Assembly (NCBI GenBank): GCA_002269645.1
Contig: NIVC01002103.1
Coordinates: 1 to 62,083 of the forward strand
DNA length: 62,083 bases
Source: Macrostomum lignano
Taxonomy: Eukaryota
Direction: 5' to 3'
In this document: positions 1 to 24,661 of the stretch, in pieces
Layout: each line of letters begins with the position of its first letter
How positions within the stretch are numbered: position 1 is the first letter of the stretch
Translations under genes and position numbers: made by a program
Notes under the pieces: model-generated
The model's database searches: none
Seen by the model: the letters and a program-made list of their open reading frames with translations, nothing else
What the model was told of the DNA's origin: nothing

Positions 1-377
1 AAAAATTTCCTAACTTTTTCGAATTCTTTCGTAAAGAAACTGCCTAAGAGTGACGTAAAAAATCCAAAAACTTACGAACTTCCGAAGCATCATTGATGCA
101 TCAGTTCGAAATCCATGTACTTTTGATGGTTTCGACCTTTCAGCCCCCTTGTGGGAAGCCTTCGGGCCTCAGGTCTCAGAAATTAATCAATTAGAGTCCT
201 GGCCCCCACTCCTGTCAGATGGTCAGCCCATGGTAGCTTGATCGTGTGGCGAGCAGCCTAGGTCCTATAGCTAAGAGAGGGACAGCGAGAGACAAGCAGG
301 GAGAATTTTGAAGGTAGAGATCAGCTAATCCGCAGATTAACTAACCCGCTGCCACCAGCCCGTGCGTCCTGGCTCAC

Positions 378-1037
378 CACCCGGAACTTTCGAAATCGGG
401 CTTCCGACTAGAGGGCACTATGAGCACTAGACTAGAGCACTAGAGCTTTTCCGATTAGAGCACTTACCTGCCAACTAGTGTCTTTTTGCTGTCAATCTCA
501 AAGTCATAGCCGATGATAAGGGACACTGCTGGGACTAGATCGCATTGGCCATGCAGGTACAGAGGGGACTTGTGCAGGGGATTCTTGCAGTGGCGAGACT
601 ATGGGGTAGTTACATGTACTATTACATTGCTAAATACGAAGAATTGTACTTTTGGCCTTCAACGCGCCAACTAGCCTCTCATAGCGCTGATGATAGACTA
701 AATCTAACCTCAGAGACCGCATGATTCATTACCGGAGCCGCTTGGCAAACCTAGAGTGCACAAAGTACACCTCTGGCGCCGATTCTGCACTACTGGCAGT
801 TTCGCTAACTGATTCGATAGATTGATCGACTGAGAACTGCCTTGCCATTGGTCCACTATGACCGGCGCCTACTAGCTTAGCCACTCATCTGAGCCATCGG
901 CGAACAAAGAAATAAAACCGATAAAAATAACTGTCAGATTTAACCTTCTCCTTGAATCACTTCACACCTCAGATTAAATTGGAGCTTCAGACTACTAGCA
1001 GTATTATTGAATGATTTCTGCCTCAGTAGCAGCACTA
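378..1037 (-). CDS. Candidate multi-exon gene, product unidentified (5' end unresolved)
   Basis: Phase-compatible exons 945-1037, 771-883, 468-598 and 378-407 give ...VLLLRQKSFNNTASSLKLQFNLRCEVIQGEVAKLVG...SRHCKNPLHKSPLYLHGQCDLVPAVSLIIGYDFEIDSKKTLVGSRKPDFESSG. The 60-nt intron 408-467 is canonical (GTAAGT...CTCTAG). The splice sites of exon 771-883 are weaker. A promoter-like block lies at 1426-1528. Confidence 0.4.
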
Positions 1038-1425
1038 CTGAACAAAATGAGCAAAAGTGTGCGCCTAATCCAGCCACTGAAACAGGGGACAGATAGGGAA
1101 TCACCCAATCAAGCAAGTCTAGGTAGCCTCTCGCCCAACCAATCAGAAACTCAACAGCCTGAGACCAGGTAATCCACAGTTGACCGAATCGGCTTAGTGC
1201 TTCGCAGCTGTAGACCCGGCATGATGCTGATGTCACAACCTTCGCAGATAGCTAGCAGGTGATGCTCTTAACTTTGTTCACTGCTGATGACCGGCGGAAT
1301 TTGTCCTTGATGATGATGGGGGGAGTCGCAATCCGGGGATCAAGAAACGACGGTCGGGCCAGGGAGAGAGCAAGTTCCTGGCCGGTCTCCAGAAAGGGTT
1401 AGTCCGAGCGGGCCAAAAACACCGG

Positions 1426-1528
1426 TTTAAATAGCCGCCAACTGGACCGCAGTTTGTTATAATGGAACACGTCGATTCTGATTGGCTGAGCCGATTTGTT
1501 AAAATTGAGCGTCGAATTTTCTGATTGG
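1426..1528 (-). promoter_or_regulatory. TATA-like box plus two CCAAT boxes
   Basis: On the minus strand, TATTTAAA is at 1433-1426. ATTGG occurs at 1481-1485 and 1524-1528 inside a duplicated CTGATTGGCTGAGC. The CCAAT-to-TATA gap is ~48 bp, like the block at 48626-48681. Confidence 0.5.
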
Positions 1529-2690
1529 CTGAGCTTGTTGCCACCAAAAGTCACGTGTCTGGGAGATCCTATCAGTTCCCTCGGGTCGTAAAAACATGAC
1601 AGGTGCGGCCATAAATCAATCAAAATCGCAACAAAATGATTTATGACCTTTCGTGTAGAATTACAAAAATTAATGAGAAAATATACATTAGAAAGCTCTT
1701 ATCAAGTAGAAAGTGAAGGTAATGAAGAGAAATCGCTAATCGCTAATCCCAACGTACTTTTAGGGGTAAAACGCATAGCTGTCAAAGCTGTCACACGCTT
1801 GAGTGAACACGAACAATAGGCCCTGACCTCATAAATCTTGATGGCCTGTCAAAATGATGAGAAAAAAGCTATCATTCGCATCCTCTCAGACCATCTGGCG
1901 CCAGCCCCAGCACTGAGTGAGGCGCGGGTGGCTGTCAGACCAGCTCAGACGCAATGATTTATGACCCAAAAGCAGCAAAAAGCCGCGCCTATGTTATTAT
2001 AACTACAAGTATGGAAGATTAACATAGCTACAGAAGTCCTACTAGTACGCTCGTATGAATTCTAGAAAAATTACAAAAGAGGGAGAAAAACGCCCATAGC
2101 CTGCTGTTAGTAGGCTAGCAAGTTTGGAACCCATGTGCGAGCGTGAAATTTGGAAAAAAGTGCGTCCTCATCACTTTACCATATCCATCTTTGCTTTTGT
2201 TAATCTTCTTGAGTCGGTAAAACCCTCAGTAAAATACGTAAAAAAATTCGAAAAAAGTTGCACCAATTTTTTACGTACGATTTCGTTTATTTGTCAGGCG
2301 GGCGAGCGGGCACGACACGAGAGAGAGGATAAAAATATCATTACATGTATGTAAAATAATTAAAATAGCTATTCATGCTTGTACGCCAAATGTAATTCCA
2401 AAAGTATGTGCATGTTGTTAGTGCGACATTTAATTTGAAATAATGAAAATCGACCTCGTGTATATTTTTAATATATAATACATTTAATAACCTATAATAT
2501 AGATCGCTGCTGAATCGCTCCTCTTGTACAGGTACCCGTGCAGGATGAAGAACTATCGTGTCTCTACATTGTCCAGGTTAAAAGTAACTATAGATACGGA
2601 GTTAAGCGATCAAAAATCGTTTATTAGCGTTCAGTAGCATTCGCTTCGCTGTCAGAGAGTAGCGAATATGCTAAAAAGAATGTACATTAG

Positions 2691-3014
2691 CTACTCGTAG
2701 TCAATTTTCAGGTCAAGGCGCAGATCTTTGCAGCGCCTGAAATAGGCCGAGTAGCTGGACAGGCCCTGAAACCAGGTCTTTACATCGTCGTTGCATCCCG
2801 GATCGCAGATGCTGGCCTCGGCTCGATTGCATTTGCACTCCTTGCCGCAGATGTTTGTGTAGGTGAAGCTGGAGCCTTTGATTTTGCACAGCAGAACCGG
2901 ATGGAAACAAGCCGGAACATTGTCGTCCTCGAGGGAAAGCTGGAAGGATGGCTCCGGCAGGACTGAAAGCAGCAGACCAAAGCACAGAAGCAGCGAGACT
3001 GTAGCAGTTTTCAT
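2691..3014 (-). CDS. Secreted cysteine-rich protein, 107 aa, intronless CDS, family unknown
   Basis: Starts at a true ATG at 3014: MKTATVSLLLCFGLLLSVLPEPSFQ (hydrophobic signal peptide), then a mature part with 8 Cys. Splice acceptor TTAATTTTTTGCAG at 3063-3064 in the 5' UTR. AATAAA at 2625-2620, 66 nt after the stop. Confidence 0.75.
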   Translation of the reverse strand: MKTATVSLLLCFGLLLSVLPEPSFQLSLEDDNVPACFHPVLLCKIKGSSFTYTNICGKECKCNRAEASICDPGCNDDVKTWFQGLSSYSAYFRRCKDLRLDLKIDYE

Positions 3015-3768
3015 TTTGACAGTGCAGTTTTTTGCAGTTTTCCTGTTTTTAGTTAACACCGGCTGCAAAAAATTAACTAGATAGTTTCTGCTAGCTGAAG
3101 CCTGCACTGATATGTAGGCCTCTAACCAATCCTGCCTGCTGCAGTTATGCAGAGCTTTGAGGATTGGCTAAACATGTAATCAAGGGGTTTTTGCGGTTCG
3201 ATCGCCATCAGCTTAGTTCTGGTTTACCAAGCAAATTGTATGGTCAGCATCTTTCTTCACTGCATCAGTCAAGATTTACTATCTATCCAGCTAGCTAAGT
3301 CAAGGCCAAGTTTTTAGCTGCACGCAAAGTAATTATAGACGCGCAGAAGATGGAGAGGAAAGGAGAAACCTGGAACTGCAATTTGTTCTTGTATTCTATC
3401 AACACTTGTAGCAAGCCTAACAGCTTACACTTCTTCACTTCCTGTGTTGGGCGAAGAATCTCGAAATTCTTGCATTTTTTACCGGACTTGCGCTACATGT
3501 ACAAGATGCATGTAGAAACTGATGGTGGAAACCAGCAACGGAAGAAGTGAAACAATGAATGCTTTTACAGTACATAAAACGCTTTGTTAAGTTATTATTT
3601 TTAAAAATATCAAATCTTTCAGTAGAGCAACGTTACGAAACTGCGAACTGCTGACGTATTTCATTTGTCTATTTACAAAAAGCTGTTAAATATGCATGTA
3701 GAAAGATAAAAATTGAATAAAATTTCCAATATCAGCACAACATTACGAGCGTATCGATGTACACGATC

Positions 3769-4671
3769 TGGCAGATTAGGGCGATTCCCTGTGGCAGATT
3801 AGGGCGATTTCCTGTGGCAGATTAGGGCGATTCCCCGTGGCAGATTAGGGCAATTCCCGTGGCAGATTAGGGCGATTCCCCGTGGCAGATTAGGGCGATT
3901 CCCCGTGGCAGATTAGGGCAATTCCCTGCGGCAGATTAGGGCGATTCCCTGTGGCAGATTAGGGCGATTCCCTGTGGAAGATTAGGGCGATTCCCTGTGG
4001 CAGATTAGGGCGATTCCCTGTGGCAGATTAGGGCGATTCCCTGCGGCAGATTAGGGCGATTCCCTGTGGCAGATTAGGGTGATTTCTGTGGCAGATTAGG
4101 GCGAATCCCTGTGGCAGATTAGGGCGATTCCCTGTGGCAGGTTAGGGCGATTTCTATGGCAGATTAGGGCGATTCCCTGCGGCAGATTAGGGCAATTCCC
4201 TGTGGCAGATTAGGGCAATTCCCTGTGGCAGATTAGGGCAATTCCCTGTGGCAGATTAGGGCGATTCCCTGTGGCAGATTAGGGCAATTCCCTGTGGCAG
4301 ATTAGGGCAATTCCCTGTGGCAGATTAGGGCGATTCCCTGTGGCAGGTTAGGGCGATTTCTATGGCAGATTAGGGCGATTCCCTGCGGCAGATTAGGGCA
4401 ATTCCCTGTGGCAGATTAGGGCAATTCCCTGTGGCAGATTAGGGCGATTCCCTGCGGCAGATTAGGGCGATTCCCTGCGGCAGATTAGGGCGATTCCCTG
4501 TGGCAGATTAGGGCGATTCCCTGCGGCAGATTAGGGCAATTCCCAGTGGAAGATTAGGGCGATTCCCTGCGGCAGATTAGGGCAATTCCCTGTGGCAGAT
4601 TAGGGCGATTCCCTGCGGCAGATTAGGGCAATTCCCAGTGGAAGATTAGGGCGATTCCCTGTGGCAGATTA
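3769..4671. repeat. 23-bp minisatellite GATTAGGGCGATTCCCTGTGGCA, ~39 copies
   Basis: Tandem units visible directly; each contains TTAGGG. Confidence 0.97.
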
Positions 4672-5468
4672 CGCCTGCAACTTACCGTATTTTACAAACT
4701 CGAGTTTAGAAAAATAAAAGTCCGACACGGGATGGATTGTGGGAAGAAAAAAAGAAAATGCTCGATTAGGGATAGAATTATCAGATTAAAATATAAGTAT
4801 ATGATCAAGGCACAAAGTGCATCGAATGAAAACTCAAGATACAAAATAAGCATAAAAGTGATGCATCAGCTATAACTTTTTCTTATAAAAAAATCAGCCG
4901 AAATAATTTTGTTCGAAAGAAAACGCCAACCAAATTACTTACAGTAGCGTAGAATGCCTACTGAATAAGATATTGAATGAAGTGACTCGCTAATAATAAA
5001 GTAATTATAAGGGGAAATGCTGACACAGGAACTGTATAAAACTTACAATAAAATTTAGAAGAGACTCATGTACATAATAAATCAAACAATTTACAGGACT
5101 AGATTAAATAGGTAAACCGGATACGAAAAAAGATCATATGTTATGCTATGATATTGACAGTTTTTAAATAAAATATTCCAAGGAAATGAAACCGCGTTCA
5201 GCTGTGTAAATAATTGGATACTTTAATCGACACAGGTAACTGAAAACTGTGCAAATTTGAGATTCTTTTATAAATACGAGCTAATTTCAGCTAAAACTTA
5301 CAATTAATTATGAAGCTTATAGCGAATTGAATAAAAGAATTATGAAAACACTCTCGAATGATCTAAAGCAATCATGAAGACTTTCTGGAGTAATTAAAGA
5401 AGGCATGGCTATTCACTTGTCCATGTACTAAAAATATAATCTAAATGATGTTGGAGTGATGACCAGTT

Positions 5469-6896
5469 ACTGAAGAATCTGAGGGAGCCAAGATGACTTA
5501 ATAATGAGGGAGCCATGACAACTGAAGAATCTGAGAGGGAGCCATGACAACTGAAGAATCTGAGTGAGAGCCATGACAACTGAAGAATCTGAGAGGGAGC
5601 CATGACAACTGAAGAATCTGAGTGAGAGCCATGACAACTGAAGAATCTGAGAGAGAGCCATGACAACTGAAGAATCTGAGTGAGAGCCATGACAACTGAA
5701 GAATCTGAGTGACAGCCATGACAACTGAAGAATCTGAGAGAGAGCCATGACAACTGAAGAATCTGAGTGAGAGCCATGACAACTGAAGAATCTGAGTGAC
5801 AGCCATGACAACTGAAGAATCTGAGAGAGAGAGCCATGACAACTGAAGAATCTGAGTGAGAGCCATGAGAACTGAAGAATCTGAGGGAGAGCCATGACAA
5901 CTGAAGAATCTGAGTGAGAGCCATGAGAACTGAAGAATCTGAGAGAGAGCCATGACAACTGAAGAATCTGAGTGAGAGCCATGAGAACTGAAGAATCTGA
6001 GAGAGAGCCATGACAACTGAAGAATCTGAGTGAGAGCCATGAGAACTGAAGAATCTGAGAGAGAGCCATGACAACTGAAGAATCTGGGCGAGAGCCATGA
6101 CAACTGAAGAATCTGAGGGAGAGCCATGACAACTGAAGAATCTGAGGGAGAGCCATGACAACTGAAGAATCTGAGTGACAGCCATGACAACTGAAGAATC
6201 TGGGCGAGAGCCATGACAACTGAAGAATCTGAGTGAGAGCCATGACAACTGAAGAATCTGGGCGAGAGCCATGACAACTGAAGAATCTGAGGGAGAGCCA
6301 TGACAACTGAAGAATCTGAGAGAGAGCCTTGATAACTGAAGAATCTGAGGGAGCCATGACAACTGAAGAATCTGAGAGAGAGCCTTGATAACTGAAGAAT
6401 CTGAGGGAGCCATGACAACTGAAGAATCTGGGCGAGAGCCATGAGAACTGAAGAATCTGAGTGAGAGCCATGAGAACTGAAGAATCTGAGAGAGAGAGAG
6501 AGCCATGACAACTGAAGAATCTGAGGGAGAGCCATGACAACTGAAGAATCTGGGCGAGAGCCATGACAACTGAAGAATCTGAGGGAGAGCCATGACAACT
6601 GAAGAATCTGAGAGAGAGCCTTGATAACTGAAGAATCTGAGGGAGCCATGACAACTGAAGAATCTGAGAGAGAGCCTTGATAACTGAAGAATCTGAGGGA
6701 GCCATGACAACTGAAGAATCTGAGAGAGAGCCTTGATAACTGAAGAATCTGAGGGAGCCATGACAACTGAAGAATCTGAGAGAGAGCCTTGATAACTGAA
6801 GAATCTGAGGGAGCCATGACAACTGAAGAATCTGGGCGAGAGCCATGACAACTGAAGAATCTGAGTGAGAGCCTTGATAACTGAAGAATCTGAGAG
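5469..6896. repeat. 27/29-bp minisatellite (GA)GAGAGCCATGACAACTGAAGAATCTGA, ~50 copies
   Basis: Tandem units visible directly; begins ~17 nt after the DCAF6-like stop codon. Confidence 0.97.
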
Positions 6897-6912
6897 TAAA
6901 ACAGCTGACTAA

Positions 6913-9900
6913 TCAACTCGGCAACAGGCCAGCCTCGAGAAGGCCCGCAGGCGGTGGGACCGCCATATTTGGCATTGCGGCCACCCTGGCGCTGAGCAGA
7001 TCTGAGCAGCCAAGCATTTGCTGGTTCCTTCTGGCCAGCTCTGTGGCATAAGCCAGATCCGACTGATCTCGCTGTCCAGCATCCTCGCCATGCTGCATCG
7101 GGGACCAGATTTTCACATCGCGCTCCATGCCGCTGGTTGCTAGGCACAATAATTGAGGATGCGCGGCAACCCTGTTCACCAGGCATTGGTCCGCTTGTCG
7201 AGCAGCAATCAAGCTTGAGTCGGAGATTCGCCAGACCATCAGATGGCCGCAGTCGCTGCCAGATAAAATGTGCTCGGAGCCCCAGAACGTGGCTTGTTGA
7301 ATGCAGGTTCGAGAGTTTCTGTGACCGCGATACTCTCTGAGCAGGGCATAGCCAGCTGGACTTGACGAGCTGAAAATGATGCACATTTTTACTGCTAGAT
7401 AGAATCAGAGTTTTGCGTACGAGTCACTGAATGATCAGAAAAATGAGTCACTGAATGATCAGAGGATATGAGTCACTGAATGATCAGAGGATATGAGTCA
7501 CTGAATGATCAGAGGGATATGAGACACTGAATGATCAGAGGATATGAGTCACTGAATGATCAGAGGATATGAGTCACTGAATGATCAGAGGGATATGAGA
7601 CACTGAATGATCAGAGGGATATGAGTCACTGAATGATCAGAGGGATATGAGACACTGAATGATCAGAGGGATATGAGTCACTGAATGATCAGAGGGATAT
7701 GAGTCACTGAATGATCAGAGGGATATGAGTCACTGAATGATCAGAGGGATATGAGACACTGAATGATCAGAGGGATATGAGACACTGAATGATCAGAGGG
7801 ATATGAGTCACTGAATGATCAGAGGATATGAGTCACTGAATGATCAGAGGATATGAGTCACTGAATGATCAGAGGATATGAGTCACTGAATGATCAGAGG
7901 ATATGAGTCACTGAATGATCAGAGGATATGAGTCACTGAATGATCAGAGGATATGAGTCACTGAATGATCAGAGGATATGAGTCACTGAATGATCAGAGG
8001 ATATGAGTCACTGAATGATCAGAGGATATGAGTCACTGAATGATCAGAGGATATGAGTCACTGAATGATCAGAGGGATATGAGTCACTGAATGATCAGAG
8101 GGATATGAGTCACTGAATGATCAGAGGGATATGAGACACTGAATGATCAGAGGGATATGAGTCACTGAATGATCAGAGGGATATGAGTCACTGAATGATC
8201 AGAGGATATGAGTCACGGAATGATCAAAGGGATATGAGACACTGAATGATCAGAGGGATATGAGTCACTGAATGATCAGAGAGATATGAGACACTGAATG
8301 ATCAGAGGGATATGAGTCACTGAATGATCAGAGGGATATGAGCCACTGAATGATCAGAGGGATATGAGTCACTGAATGATCAGAGGGATATGAGTCACTG
8401 AATGATCAGAGGGATATGAGACACTGAATGATCAGAGGGATATGAGACACTGAATGATCAGAGGGATATGAGACACTGAATGATCAGAGGGATATGAGTC
8501 ACTGAATGATCAGAGGGATATGAGTCACTGAATGATCAGAGGGATATGAGTCACTGAATGATCAGAGGATATGAGTCACTGAATGATCAGAGGGATATGA
8601 GACACTGAATGATCAGAGGGATATGAGACACTGAATGATCAGAGGGATATGAGTCACTGAATGATCAGAGGGATATGAGTCACTGAATGATCAGAGGGAT
8701 ATGAGTCACTGAATGATCAGAGGGATATGAGACACTGAATGATCAGAGGGATATGAGTCACTGAATGATCAGAGGGATATGAGTCACTGAATGATCAGAG
8801 GGATATGAGACACTGAATGATCAGAGGGATATGAGACACTGAATGATCAGAGGGATATGAGTCACTGAATCATAAAGTCAGTAAAAATTATCACATTAAT
8901 AAGCCATGGAATAAGTCGCTAAACCATCGGTAGAAGCTCAGACTAAAAGCTAAAAGAACAGAACCAACCTGCAGGCTATCTCAGCGTCTTTGCTTGACCC
9001 GGCCGCCACGTCGAACAGGCAAATGGAGCCGCCAGCATAAGAGGCCAACAGTCTATGGCCAGAATGGTCAAATTCTAAGCTGCTAATTCGGCAATTACTG
9101 CCAGCTGATTTCTGAGCAGTCCTGCTCAGCCAGACCGGCTCAGCTGAGGGCAGGCGGCGACGATCGAATTCCAAAATTTCTCCGTCCCGTGTGGCAACAA
9201 AGAGGCGACGTCCGGCGCTGATTGGATGAAGAGCGGCGGCTGTGTAGCCAGAGGGGCTGTATTGCGAAGTGAGTTTGGGCAATTGGTTTTTAGGCTCTTT
9301 AGTTGAAACTTTTTTTCGATCAATTTTTTGGTTAATGAATGACCCGAAGGTTTATCAGGGCACCCCTGATATAAATTGAATAAGATTCAAATAAATTGCT
9401 ATGTGCGCACACATACACCAAGGACCACTATAATATAACAGGAAGTAAAACTCTAAGATCGTACAATCTTTGAGGCCGATTTCTTGGAAAAAATACACTG
9501 CGGAGATAGGGAAAAATAGACGAAGATCGTTATTCTAATTTAGCATGCACAGCATGTTAATCTGCTGTATCTTATATAGCTGTGTAGTGAAAGTTTCATT
9601 ATTATATTAATATTCTTTTTATTGATAGATTTATGTCTCTGCCCCCCCCCTGACGTGAATCCTGGCTATGCGCCTGATTGCACTTGCACTTGCGAGTATT
9701 TAAAATTTTGGGCCAATAAAATATAACAGAATAACATGTTGTGTATGCTTAATTAAAATAATAGTAATCTTCACAGCCCCAGATCAAATGCGATAATTTA
9801 TTTTGGAATGAAAAATGACTAGCAATTAACGGCCCCGGTGGAGACGCGACGAGAATGAAATAAAAAATGTTGAATAAACTGCATGCGGCATCTGACCTCT

Positions 9901-11246
9901 GATCCTTGACGTCTCAGCCATTCCCCCGTAAGTCTTGATATCTCAGCAATTCCCCCGTAAGTCTTGATATCTCAGCAATTCCCCCGTAAGTCTTGATATC
10001 TCAGCAATTTCCCCATAAAGCCTTGACATCTCATCAATTTCCCCGTAAAGCCTTGACATCTCAGCAATTCCCCAAGTCAGTCTTGAATTCTCAGCAATTC
10101 CCCTGTAAGCCGTAAACATACGCACTCACACTGATGTGTGAAAAAACTTTGTGTTAAAAACTCTGAATAAAAATAATAAATTGCTTCGCTCCCAGACTCA
10201 ACTAGCTCAGGAAATACTATACGAGTATTAAAGCAGAAAAATGCTCAAACCTGCAGTGCTGATTGCCAAGCAGCAGCGAACAGCCGCAGTGCGCCTCTCT
10301 GACATCAAACTGCCTGATGGTGCCGTCGCCGCTGACGCTAAAGAACACTCCGGCCTCCCACTGGCTGGTGACCAGATCGAACACGGCCGAGAGGTGGCTG
10401 GCAAACGAGCGAGCAACTTCGAGGCCATCGGCGACGCCTAAGTCTATTAGGCTGACTCGGCCATTGCCAGCCGCTGATGCCACCTTCTGATCGTCTGTGT
10501 GGGGCAGGAACTTTGCGCTAAATATGTTCGCCTGGTGGCCGGAGAAGATTGTCTCGCCTTTTGGCTGCAATGGGTTCATGTTTTAATTTGGTTGGTAAAT
10601 TTAAATCAAGTTAAGTATTCATTAAAATTAGTAAATATATATATTCCCACTCAGGCCATTAGAAAAATTACCTCTGAGTGAAATGGTGTTGAGATCACTA
10701 GATTTCGATCATCAGATCCAGTGAGCAATTGCTGGCCTGTGGAGCTCCAGCAAACAGAATTGACCTAAATTAAAATTGGTATAAGTTAGATTGAAATAGT
10801 TAGACACAGTTGGTTTTTAAAATATATAACAATAGATAAGAGAAATATTTATATATTGAGCTTATAGATTTAGATGTAACAGCTTTACTTACAGGTCCTC
10901 TGTGAACATTAAGCTTTTTTTCCAAAGATAGTTTTCCAACCGTCCATTCAAGATCTAAAAATTGCAAAAATTTAAATTTTTATAGCTACATCACATGTAA
11001 ATATACATTGCAATTGAAAATTGTAATGAATGAAATAGTTTTGAAAGCTTAACTTCTTAAATATGTTAAGAATAAAAACCTCTTTAAGACTAAAGAGAAA
11101 ATTTTATCTAAAAAACAACTTTTTACAGCAGTAACAGCCTCTGCAGACACAATACCTTTATGCAAACGCCAGGAGAAGTCACTTCGAACAAGAGTTCGAT
11201 TAAGTTGTGCGCCACGTCCATTGAAATATACTGGACCAAAATTCAT
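6913..11246 (-). CDS. DCAF6: DDB1-CUL4-associated factor 6-like WD40 protein, ~434 aa, 6 coding exons
   Basis: Exons 11156-11246, 10893-10954, 10672-10764, 10251-10564, 8969-9256 and 6913-7369 are all GT-AG and phase-consistent. Motifs KLSLEKKLNVHRGPVNSVCW, TGSDDRNLVIS, SGHQANIFSAKFLPHT and YRGHRNSRTCIQQATFWG...SGSDCGH...ATSGMERDVKIWSP match DCAF6 as remembered (LNVHDGCVNTICW, SGHRANIFSAKFLP, GHRNSRTMIKEANFWG). The start codon is uncertain. Confidence 0.85.
7421..8870. repeat. 25/26-bp minisatellite GATATGAGTCACTGAATGATCAGAG(G), ~56 copies, intronic
   Basis: Tandem units fill most of DCAF6 intron 7370-8968. Most units contain TGAGTCA. Confidence 0.97.
9905..10110. repeat. 29-bp degenerate minisatellite CTTGATATCTCAGCAATTCCCCCGTAAGT, ~7 copies
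   Basis: Tandem units in DCAF6 intron 9257-10250. Confidence 0.9.
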
Positions 11247-12477
11247 TTCCAAAAAGATGCTTTATACTTATTTAGATTCGCCTCGCTTACCAATATTTTT
11301 ATATTAAAGTGGAACAAATTCAACTGTACATGCAAAGAAAATTGTAATGCAATAAATAAATGTAAACAGTTTATCGTTATTTCGTGGAAAAAAACTATCT
11401 TTAAAAATGTAAACTTATCGAAAACTAAGAAGATTTTACTATGAACCAAAAATCTAGCAGCAGTAGAATATTAAAACTCTAATTATAACAATTTTTAATT
11501 AAATCGAGCAAGCTACCCAAAAAATTTAATAAAACTTACCATTTTGTTAATTTTTTGAAGCAAGTAAATCAAAAGTTTGAGGTCTCAAAAACAATATTTT
11601 CCGCGAACAGATTATGAATGAATCCAACTGAATGGAAGCCTACGCTCTATTACTACACTACGGTCGTTTTCGTTCTTAACATTACCTGCGGGCTGCGCAG
11701 TTGGCGGAACTGAAGCAGCTGTTTATCATATTTACTATCGAATAATGAGTAGGGACAGGGTCTATTTGCTAAGTGATATGATTTCAATAAAGTTTGAAGA
11801 CATACTATACTAACATACATACCAAGGCCTAGGGGACATTATGGCTTATGCATAATACATTAATATGTTCTAATTTATTTTTATTATTCATTCATTATAA
11901 AAAGCATAATGGTCTATAGCATACGAGCCTAATTGTAATTATATTCATATTCATGTGAGAACATTTATAATCTTAAATAGTGTGTATTCACAATTCTTGT
12001 GAATATTGCAAATGAATGCCATTTCTACTTTTGATTATAATGCCAATAGACATCAGACAATAGACAATAGATATATGCTTTGCTCATGCCTTGTTAATAT
12101 CAAGCTTTAAAAATGAAATAGTTTTATAATCTAATCCAGCAACTTAAATTGAATATAGTTCTAATCTTTTTTCTTTATTCTTTGCCTTCAACTTTAAGCA
12201 GTTCAATTTGTTCTATTATCACTTTTTATCAGTCATATTATAATAATAATATATTTAGGGAATCAGGCTATGAGGAATAAATAATATATCATTGAGTATT
12301 TATTTATTTTAAATTTAAATAATTAATTATATAATTATTGTCAAGGTTTTTAATTATACAGAATTGTAGCTTTGTTTTTTTATTCAAATTTTTCTAATAT
12401 ATATAAAAACTCAATGTTAGGTAGGCTTGATACTTTTAATAGTTTAGTTAAAACTTCTTTTTGTTCTTTTATTGCAG

Positions 12478-24661
<12,184 letters not shown>

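Noticed and set aside
1285-1310. Minimal hammerhead (CTGATGA-CCGGCG-GAAT), and similar hits at ~34745 and ~10710
   Set aside because: The first two have GAAT instead of GAAA, and none has the required stems. The 10710 hit has GAAA but no stem II and lies inside a DCAF6 exon.
5409-7384. Long ORFs of 459-628 aa
   Set aside because: They are translations of the 27/29-bp array. The 628-aa ORF overlaps the real DCAF6 exon in the wrong frame.
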